From Sphaeroforma arctica JP610 (Eukaryota): DNA of 38,890 nt. A model generated the notes under the pieces. The model was not told the DNA's origin and did not search any database. It worked only from the letters and a program-made list of their open reading frames with translations. Positions 24,311 to 35,900 of this stretch are shown here, piece by piece. Numbering within the stretch: position 1 is the first letter of the stretch; each line of letters opens with the position of its first letter. Location: assembly GCF_001186125.1 (NCBI RefSeq), contig NW_014040522.1, positions 158,315 through 197,204 on the forward strand. The letters are read 5' to 3'. A program made the position numbers and the translations under genes.

Positions 24311-25974
24311 TCGGTATGTGCTTCGAGCGCCGAACTTAAAATGGGGGTTTTTTTTGGGTACTCTCATAAATATTATGCTTCGAACACAACTAGATTTTAT
24401 ATCAAACTAATGATTTTAACAAAGAATCGTTACGTGCCTGAAGCGGATTTGCCCTAGGGCATGTAAGGTGGTTTTTAGTGTTCGCAGAGTACCGTTTGGC
24501 GCGCGATTTGCTTGGGCCAAGGAGAACATAATTAAATAGTAGAGCCCACAGTATACAAATGCTGCACATATATCTTATAGTGGCAACAATTTTACTTCTC
24601 CTTATATAATGCTGAGACGTAATCAAGTACTGATACATATTAGTAGAATGGTTTACAAGATTAGTTTTTGGTATCAGCGCAAATCCATTACTTTTAGCTG
24701 TGAACTTGGTATAAACTGTAATACCTATTAATAGTCTATATAGCGCGATAAATCGGAACGTGATGCACCCTTGTCCACTACGAGATTTCAACCTATTATA
24801 TACGTGTAATTGCGATTGTAGTCAGTTTTATTAATACGGTGCTCAAAAATAAAGGTAGCCTAACAACTGCGACAAAAACTATTTAATCACTTCTCGGGAG
24901 CCAGAGGCACAAACATTGTATTGAGCGAGTGAACGCTCAGGTAGAATTATAACGCGTGCAGCACGTTAGTGCCAATCAAACGTTACGGATCTCACCAGCC
25001 ATACATTCTCGCCGCTGCAAATATACAAAAGGGTGTACACATTTGAGTTATAAACCTAAACATTCCATTCACATACTAGAAAACGAGTAGGAACGCGTAA
25101 TTTTAAACACTCAACAATACCGGTTTGGAAATCTGGGAATCGCTGATCTAAGTCGCGTGAGCGGTTTGCTTGCGCTCCTTGTCTGCGGAGATTGAGATGA
25201 CTAGCGCTAGAGTGTGCACTGCGAAACCGACTGTGTCGGTATGATCCTATTTCTTCAAAGCGACCAGGGTCCTCTTCGTACCAGCGATGTTCACGAGGCC
25301 GCCTAAAGTCGTTTTTGCTTTCATACCTGTGATTGTGTTTGTGAATGGGGTGGTGGTAGAAATGGGTACATATATTATAAGAGCCGCGTTGGCATGCTTT
25401 GCTGTTCACCATATCAGTGGCGAACCCATTACACAAGACACGGATGGGTCTAAGCGATCCACGACCAGCGAAAAGCTTACACGTTGATGAGAAGATATAG
25501 AGCATACGTGATTCTATCAATGGATCCTGGCGGCATTTTATCATAGTCCACAAAAGGACAGGCCAACATAGGTAGGGCACCATCGTTTAAAACTCCGACT
25601 GAAATCACGTGCAGATGGTCGCGAGGCCTGTGGTGTGGTCGAAAAAAAAAGTGAGATAAGAAAGCCGTTAATCAACGAACTGCTAAACGCCGGCGTAAGT
25701 ATATAAACCAGAGGTACTTGCGAGGGGTACCCGTTAACGGGCTGTGAAAGGCGGCGTATGTGTATGTGCAATTTGAGCGGAGTGCACATTTGTGGAAAGT
25801 ATGTATTTGGTATTTGGTGATGACAATGGAACAGGAACATAAAGCCCGCGAGGGTCGCAATAAGACCACACCGCAATAGATGCGACCTTTCCGCAAAGAC
25901 AAGTCAAGCCTGTGCGGCACTATTGACCCGAGCAAGCACTATATACCCGGCTCTCACACACAAAGCTCTAACTC

Positions 25975-28900
25975 TACTTATTCGCTTCTATGTTCAACCA
26001 CTCTGCACACCTAGTGCAGGCCACATGGGCCATCTTCATCTCCTCGTCCAGATGCTTGGCCTCAATCGCCTCCTGATCGCGCACCTTTTTGATACTCGCG
26101 CGTAGCCTGTGGTGTCGTTCCTGCAGGTATGGTGGTGCATTGCTTTAGTGGAACAGTTTGTATCGGCCTACGACAGCGGCGTGTCTACAGGATACAACCG
26201 TGATAGTAGACATCGATATGCATGTCGCACAATGTTAACACTAGATGTATTCTATTCTATGCGCGCAGCAAAGTACTGTCAAAAAGGAGTTGTTCGCACA
26301 CACCACACACCTCTGTGCTACCAGATGTCCCACTTGTATGTCCAGGTGCCCCATTCTCGGCTGGCGTATTGATTTTATGCTTAGATTTAGGGCCAGACTT
26401 TTGGTCAGACTTAGAAGTGGACTTTGGGGTGTTCAGAGGAGATTGTTGCGGTACAGTTGGTGGCCTGAGATTCCTATCGCGATCCTCATACGCCATGGGC
26501 AGAATACCATCATTCCAGAACACTACGAACACCACATTCCACTCCAATCCCTTGGCCTAACAGAAGCGGGTATGCATGGATTGTAAATGTATTAGAGTAT
26601 TACATGGGTTTAATAAACACTGCATGTTCCTTGAATACTGGGTGCCGACTTATTGAGCACATCTACCTGTAGACTAACGTCGGTGTTTGCTTTCAGAAGA
26701 ATATGTTCCAATGGTCAACATTGTCTCGTTTGCGCGAAAGGGCCTATTGAGGTGCAGTGTTCGGGTGAATCATTTGCATGTACTCGCCCAAGACCCAGGA
26801 TGTATATACACCTACCTTATGAATCGTTGAAATGGTGACCATTCCCTTGTCTGCTTCCTCCTCTTGCCCTTTGGCTTCCTGCATAGTTCAATCCGAACGG
26901 GGTTCATGATTTATAGTTGAGTAGCTATAACGAACTGAGCACCAGGCCAATCACCCCCCGAATAATCTTAACTCAATAGTTTACGGTGACACTACCAGAG
27001 CTCACACAGTCACACACATACTGCATCTATGCACAAAGCGACACATATGTGGGCATTTCACCCATACAAGACGAGCCTCATACATCGGTAATCCCCCACC
27101 CAAAGCCGGGTGTCAGTTGTTCAACATAGCATCCTCCATATACCTAGGCAAAACCAGTACACACGTGGTTGCTATGGTTCGCGGACGGATACACCACGCA
27201 ATGCAATACCGGGGCTCTCACAACCCCACCCACACCACGACGATGTATATCGAAAAGATATGCGATACGCACATTAAAAGCCATACCCCAGTATCCCCTA
27301 GTCCAACAGAGCTCAGAAACTCGCTCAAGATCACCGGTCCCACGTGGTGCCGTTCGTAGATCTCACCCAAAATCACTTGGTCGAGTGTCGCAATACACTG
27401 CTTGGCAAACTCCGGGCGCGCCTATAGTCAAGAGGGTACAGGGCGTTAGCAGATATCGCTACTATATCACCTACGGAGATGACGCTATGCTGGTTGGGGT
27501 TAAATGCAACACACAACAAGGAACTTCAAATAAACTATAGTGCTAAACTTACGTTGGCCTCTTTCACTATCACTCTTCTACACATCTCTCGTAGACTATC
27601 AGGTGGGTCATTTGTCCATGTCCAGGAGGGGACACTCTCTTACACATCTGCCACAAACAGGTAATGATAAACATACATTAACCTCCTGCACTATCACTCT
27701 CCTACAAATCTCCCGTAGACTATCAGGTGGGTCGCTTGTCCAGGAGGGGTCACTCTCTTACACATCTCCCCAAACAGGTAATGATAAACATACATTAACC
27801 TCCTGCACTATCACTCTCCTACACATCTCCCGTAGACTATCAGGTGGGTCTTTTGTCCAGGAGGGGTCGGCTGGCACGGGCACAGGACGGCCCTCTTTAT
27901 TCAGTATCGCTCCTCTTTTCGTCAGGAAGTATCGTGCCTCCTCCGTCAGGTTCTGTTTTGCAGATCGAATACAATACACAGTAGGTCAATACCACCATAG
28001 TATCCGCTCATACGCATCCACAGCAACAAACATGCACAGTAGAACAATACCACCATATTATCCGCTCATACACATCCACAGCAACAAACATGCACAGTAG
28101 ATCAATACCACCGTAGTAACCGCTCATATGAATCGATAGCAACAAACATGCACAGTAGATCAATACCACTATAGTATCCGCTCATACGCATCCACAGCAA
28201 CAAACATGCACAGTAGATCAATACCGCCGTAGCATCCGTTCATACGCATCCACAGCAACAAACATGCACAGTGGTTCATTACCACCATAGTATTCGCTCA
28301 TAAACATGCACAGTAGATCAATACCACCGTAGTATCCGCTCATATGAATCGATAGCAACAAACATACACAGTAGATCAATACCACCGTAGTATCCGCTCA
28401 TACGCATCCACAGTAACACACATGCACAGTAGATCAATACCACCGTAGTATCCGCTCATATGAATCGATAGCAACAAACATACACAGTAGATCAATACCA
28501 CCGTAGTATCCGCTCATATGAATCGATAACAACAAACATACACAGTAGATCAATACCACCGTAGTATCCGCTCATACGCATCCACAGTAACAAACATACA
28601 CAGAAGGTCAATACCACCGTAGTATCCGCTCGTATGGATCGATCGCAACAAACATACACAGTAGGTCAATACCACCGTAGTATCCACTCATATGAATCGA
28701 CAGTAACAAACTGGGAATTAATATAGCTAACACCACATGCGCCATACATACCAGCGCCCATGTACAACATAATGGGGCACCGATTTCAGGGTTTTAGAGT
28801 TTTAGGGGTACAGGGGTTTAGGCCTTACCCGGATAAATTGTGGGTTGCTTTCGGCCGAAGTCGATGGCAAGAAAGTGTTCACAGTCGAGGTTTAGGGATC

Positions 28901-31211
28901 CCGGAGATATGCAAGAGAATGTAAAATGTGGGTGCAATTATTGTTATATTATGGGTCTGATTAAGTGGGCTTGAATGTTTCTCACATCGAATTAATGCAA
29001 AGCGTACTCGATATATGACAGACGCTTATGCACCACACAAACAACAACAATCAGGCTCATATAATATAACGATAATATATACCTGTAAGTGTCGGTAGCC
29101 GCACCTTCCACGTCCTCGTCCGAATCTTCATCAGAGGTGCTGTCATAGCTAGATTCCAGGCGGGGTGTCTGCTTTGTCTTGTGCGTGGAGGTGTTGGGTG
29201 TGTTGTCGAGGTCTCTGCAGGTTTCAGCGTGGGTGTAGAATGATTGGTATTGTATTGTTATAGGAAACAGTGACTGTATGTATTTTCTGCATGTGGCATC
29301 TGCTCCACCGAACCTAAAAACCATAAACTCTAAAACCGCAACTTCGAACTTACTACCATCACCTATATGAATAGTATATAATAGTACAGAAGCACCCACA
29401 ATATATACAATTGAGCGCAATCGCATCAGTGTCAAATGGCACAATAGAGATCACAGCACTAAACGTATTAGAGCCCCAAATGATTGAACTCACCTTTCAG
29501 CTTGTTTGCGCTCATGTTTCCGTTTCTTCAACTGCTTCAAATTAGAGGTGTCGTAGACAAGCTGCGTGAAACATCAATCAACAGGAAGATCAACAAATCA
29601 GCGATACGCTAACGCCACATATGTACGCGTACATGCGGTATTCATACGCTGTTATATATATATATATATATAGATATATATAGATATATATCCATATATA
29701 TATATATTCAGAGAGAGAGAGAGAGAGAGAGATGTATAAATATATAAATATATATATATACACAAACACACACACACATATATATATACATACATATATG
29801 CACGTGAAAGACTCATGCAAAACATACCTTTAGAAGGGAGCACAAGTCCAGATGAATGCTACTTGTGCACCACATTTCGTAGGTCGCCAGGAACTGTTCA
29901 ATGATGTTTAGAGTTTTGCGCTCTGAAAACATAAGTAAGGGCGATTACAGTTTCAGTATCTGATGATATCACGCACGCGTACACCTGAATACATACCTAG
30001 ACACATTAATATCGCCTACACCTATTGGCTTGTGGGTGGCATATACGCTTACCTACTCGGCCGGTGAGCATTATATGATTGAGGGTGTCGAATACACACG
30101 AGGCCTTGAGCGCCTGGTGGATGTTCTTGACCTTCTCAATGGCCCTCTCCCCTATGCCACTGTTGTTGGTGGCGCGAAGAAGTGTGAGCCAGGGAAGGTA
30201 GAGTAACCGAAAGCTGCGGTTACTATACCGCACAGAAGTATATGAAAAGCAACGTACATACCCCAATTTCGTGCGTTAGATATGAATCAGATATATACAT
30301 ACTTATACTTACACCGTACACGCTTGAGCGTACAAACGTATATGGAGACATAAAATAAATACTTGTATAGGTATGTGTAGACGTCACAAAAATACTTGTA
30401 TACGTTTAAAAAGAAGAAGAAGGAGTACTTGTACATGTATACGAAGACATCAAAGTAATACTTGTATACGAATATGAAAGCATAGAAGATATAATTGTAT
30501 ACGTATACGAGGTATACACGTATACGAGGTATACACGTATACGAGGTATACACGTATACGTATATGCACTAGTACAGTGACAGGACATACTGACAAGCGG
30601 CTAGGGCTTCCAAACAGGCAAAGTCATCGGAACTATCCAGAACAAAGCGTAGATGAAGCGCCATCAGTTTGACATCTGTATCACGTTGTGTATAAGCGTT
30701 ACGATTAGGCGATGTATTGGTATTGAAGAAAACTTGTACACCACAGGGAATAGAATGAACGCCACACAACAAGAAGTACATAGAGGGTACATAGAGGAAA
30801 CAACAGCAGCGAATACATAAGAGTCAATAAACGCATTGAACAAGTTGTGTCAATAATGTTCGAGCAAGTGACTTGCCGGCATTGTCGAATACGGATTTGC
30901 CACCAACAATCTTAACGGGTATGTCTCTCCGTCTTAATTCCTGTGTAAGCGGAATCGGATAAAGTTGTAAGAAGTGACAGAGAAATCAGATAAATTTGTA
31001 TTCGAAACTGACACAGAAATCAGACAAACTTGTATTTTAAAGTGACGAGGAGTCGGAAAAATTTGTATTTAGTGACAGATAAGTCAGAGGGATGTGTATC
31101 AAGCGATAAGACGGAACATAGAACGAAACTGTAGCAGGTGGTGGAGTGAGAGCTACACCCACAGTTGTCCCGTGCGATCGTACTGCGCATATATATATAT
31201 ATACATACACG

Positions 31212-31256
<45 letters not shown>

Positions 31257-32923
31257 ATATGAATTCAATCAGGCCTACGGCAAGTATGTGAACCAGCACA
31301 GAGTTACTAATATATACAGTGTACATGTACATATAGTGCAAGACCAGCCACACCCACCGCTTCTACAAGTCGCACGTGGGGATTCAGTCGACCCTTCCAT
31401 ATGCGCGTCAGTACAGCAATCTCGCTCAGTGACACGTGTGGGTGTGTCTTGTGATACTCCTCCACTTCGTTGGCGATGTATTCGGCCTGGGAGATGGACG
31501 AAGGCACGTTGACTACACGCACGGGCGCTCCATCCGCCTTAGTTGTGCGTAGAGTCTTCTCAACCTGGTGGGGGCATATGTATATATATATATATAATAT
31601 AGATATGCTTAGGTACAATACAGATAAACAAAGCGCGCCAAACAAGAGCTCGAAAGGTATTGCTCTCAGAACAACAACAAGCGCTATATATCATCCGACA
31701 ACCACACAGGACAGGCACATGGCTGCAAACATACTCGGCCGTTGATACCCTTCGGACACTGTGTGGCAAACCTTAGAATGTTGCCTGAACAACGGTAGTT
31801 GTCGCTGAGCGCCGCGAGGCCACTCGTTAGACGGAAGTCTTCGAAAATCAGGTCCGAATCCGCGCCGGTGAAGCCAAAGATAGACTGCCAGAGAAAAGAA
31901 AGGGATCAGTGAGTACACATAATACAGCATAGGGGTATACGGGTGTGATAGTAGGTGTATGAATGAGACAAGATGGTCTTGAAAGTGGCACGGCAGTCCA
32001 ATTGGAGTGTATCGCACCATACAATGCATCGATGCCACAGCTGTGCGAAGTAAGGGCGTGTAGATGTAGCTCAGCCAGACGATATAACAGACGAAGAATG
32101 ATCAAAGCGCACACAGAGGTCAACAAGTACTGTGCAGCTTCCACGATTACAGGTACTAAGAATATACAGGGTGCGGATGCCACAGATGATACTGAGTTCT
32201 ACCCATATAATATATATCTGTTGTGTTGGGAATGCGAGCCAGATACACACAAGGACGCACGAAGTTATGGCTGCAACGGTATGTGAAGACACACAGTTCA
32301 GCCGTACGACAAACCTGGTCATCGTCTCCGACAGCGGTCACATTCGTGGACAACATCTTCAATATGTCGTATTGGATTGAGTTGAGATCTTGGAACTGTA
32401 AGAGGGTGACGGAGGTTGAACACATTAATAATGCAATAACGGAACGTACGAGTTTCAAGAAAGTGATACAACCAGCATACACAGGCCCAGCTTTCTCCAA
32501 AGTCTCGTTCTCAACTCGGAGATGTTCTGTACACATACGCACACATACGGTACACATGCGACACCGCTTCCCATGGATCATCAGCCGGTGCGGACTGCGT
32601 GCGCCCGCGAATGACATGCATACTAGTTTCATACACATATAAAGTTGGGTTGATGGCAATTGCACCGAAACAAACCTCATCCACAAGGATGTGGGTAAAA
32701 TTGTCCAGATATTTCCGTTTGACATCGACTTCATCCGTCAGCAGTTTCCGAGCACACAACAGCAGATCGAAGAAGTCCACGAGATTGTTCTCAAGACACT
32801 CGGCAGTGGTACGGGCCAGCATGAGCCTAAACAAGGTACATTTCCGGAATATATGCGTAGTAAAAGGTTAGAAGGCTCACCAAATACACAGGCGTGGAGC
32901 GGGGAATTATATATATATATATA

Positions 32924-32964
<41 letters not shown>

Positions 32965-35900
32965 GTATTTGTATATGTATATAGGCACAGACACAGGTAC
33001 AGGCACAGGCACAGACACAGACACAGGCACAACCACAGACACAGAAACAGTCACAGTCACCTATTGTCGTCGAGGTAGTCCGCTGCCGTATAGTCGTTCT
33101 GCTTTGCAAAATTCCACTGCGCAAATAAAAGGGGAGGAGAGGGGTGCATAGAAGAGTTTAATTTGCTACACAACTAGAGACAAACGGCAACAGTCAATGC
33201 AACAGAGCCAAAGGGGTTAACGGGGGTGTACAGAGACTTACCAGTTTGGTAGCCTTCTTCACGGTTTCTGCGCTTGGCACCGCAAATTTCTGTGGGACAA
33301 AATGGGGAGTTCAATGTAAGCCACACACGCCTCTGCCCACCCGCAATGGAAGTACAAACGCACACAATGGCAAAGCGCCAGACGAAAAGGGGTGTATTCC
33401 TGCGATATAAAACGGACAGTAGGGCTGTGCCTTCAAATACCTTTCTGTCTCTGAAAGGCATTAGCTTATTCTTGCAGCACTCCAGGACATAGTGATGGAG
33501 TAGGTAGTTGGCCTCAATGCTGATGTCCTCTACGTTCTTAGACGGCTTGAGGTTACAAAACTCCTGCACGAGCGCATTGAGCTGTGTAGGGGTTATAAGG
33601 GAGTGGCAAAGGTTAGACCATGCTTAAGCTATTCCACCGGAGATAACGGGCTACATGCGCATGACACACCTTTTTGTCGAGGAAGGTCTCGGCCAATTCC
33701 AACAGCTGAGCCCAGGAGTGGTCCTTATGCGTCTGTAGTTTCAACAGCGATGTCAGCGCCTTCTTCTGGTGGCTGTCCTCGATCTGAATCAGCACACTCG
33801 TGACAAGCTTCCGCTTCTGATACTACAGAAAGATAAAGCCACACGTGACGAGAGAGTGTTTGGGGGAGGGGTGGGTGAGGGCCTATACAGACATCGGGTC
33901 AATGGATTCGCGCCGACAAATAGCATGCGGAGAAAATATGAATGCTAGCAGGAGTCCATACAAGGCAAATTTCCCTACCACCCAACGGGCAGGGGTTTAG
34001 GGATTCAGGGTTTTAGCAACCTATATGAAAGACATAAAGCAACTTACATCCAGGAGTAGGCCGGGCTTCTTCTGGTAGTGCAGGGCACTGTAGTGGCACA
34101 TGACCATGCTATAGCACAACCCGTGCAGTGTGCAGATGTTGACAGCGCCTGCATACGGCGCAGGTATTGCAGCCGCCAGCCTCTGAAGGGAAGCGGATTT
34201 ATATTTTGTAAGTACATGGGCGAGGTATACGTATATGCTTCTTAGCACATGTGTGTAACTGCTTATATATGCACATGTCGGATGTATTTGTATCTGCGTA
34301 TATACACGTGTGTGATATATATGTATCTGCATATATGCACATGTGCGATGTATATGTATCTGCGTATATGTACATGTATAATATATATGCATTTGCTTCT
34401 AAGTACATGCGTGTAACTGCTTATATGCACATAACGGATGTATTCATATCTGCGTATATGTACATGTGTGATGTATATGTATCTCGTATATTTACATGTA
34501 TGATGTATATGTACCTGTGCGTCGCTGCTCATATACACATGTGTGATGTATGTATATCTGCGTATATGTACACGTGTAATTATATTTATCTTCGTATATG
34601 TACATGTATGATGTATATGTATCTTCGTATACGTACATGTATGGTGTCTATGTACCTGCGTGTAGCTGCTCATATACACATGTGTGATGGATGTATATCT
34701 GCTTATATGCACATATGTGGTGCCTGTGTATCTGCCTATATGTATATGTGTGATGCATAATTAGCTGCGTATAAGTACATGTGAGATGTATACGTATCTG
34801 TGTGTATGTGCAAGTGTGATGTATATGTATCTACTTCTAAGTATATGCGTGTAACTGCTTATATGCACATGTCGGATGAATATTTATCTGCGTATATGCA
34901 CATGTATATCTTGCATGATTATATTGCACACGCACGGCTGTGCTGGCAAATAAAAGAGCTAGGACGGTCCGTGACTATAATTAAACACTCCACAACAGTC
35001 ACACGGGGTACCCTCACACCAGTTAAACGTTCAACCAACACACCTCACGCATCTCGTACACTGCCTTGTTGGTGAATGACACAGCCAGAATGGATGATGG
35101 GGCTATTCCTGACTTGATCATGGCCAGGATGCGAGTGGTAATCACCCGTGTCTTTCCTGTCCCGGCTCCTGTATAGTTGTCCGTGCGCACATAGTAGCAT
35201 GCACAGAGTTCGATTAACATTGGAGCATGTACAGTTACCATAGTAGCATGCACAGAGTAGGGTTGATATACCAGCATGTCCAGTTAACATAGTAGCATGT
35301 ATATAAATAACACATGAGCATCCATATAATCGGATTTACTTCTTAGCATCAATACGTTTGATGTGCGCATGACAGCACCAACACGGCTATTGTGCAGAGA
35401 ATCGACATCGCACAGTTGGGGGGCACATAAGGAAACGCTCATACAACATCCAGCTGTCTATCAAACACACACCACTGAAAGACCTCTCCAATGTGACGTT
35501 GTCGGTGAGGATATATATATATATATATACATATACACACATACATACATACACACACACACACACATATATATATATCGGCGTTTATCCAAATGCCACT
35601 GTGTAATTATGTGTATGGATTCTATCATCACAGTGTGTATACCAGCATGCTTTCAATGTAGTTAGAACTGGTAGCAGTACTACATTGCACATGCGGGAAT
35701 GATAACAGCTACATCCGCCTGAGATGGTATGCAACATCAGTTGCCAACCATGCCAATGTGCCGAAATCAAGCACAGCCACAACTCCATATTCACATATAC
35801 ATAATAAGCACACAACACTTATTTACGGAAACCTAATAAGGACACGACACTTATTTACATCCACACAATAAGCACACATCACTTGTCTCAAAATATATAA

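Larger units (their letters stand above)
20119..24342 (-). mobile_element. Decayed Gypsy element E (different lineage; no MTase seen)
   Basis: PR ALVDTGA (23370-23564), RT LDISAAYH and YIDD (~22510), RH TDHKAL...LPDTLS, integrase PWDHIQI...FSEHGY...MGSELTN (20553-20849). Confidence 0.85.

Noticed and set aside
24343..25050. Possible 5' LTR of element E and the 129-aa ORF 24402-24791
   Set aside because: No second copy, clear TG...CA termini or TSD; the ORF has no recognisable motif.
25056..25935. Independent gene(s) from ORFs 25056-25583 and 25541-25876
   Set aside because: No recognisable domain; more likely small 3' exons or UTR of the helicase, which cannot be resolved without transcripts.
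27975..28712. CRISPR array
   Set aside because: Contiguous 58-bp units with no unique spacers, inside a eukaryotic intron, with no cas genes.
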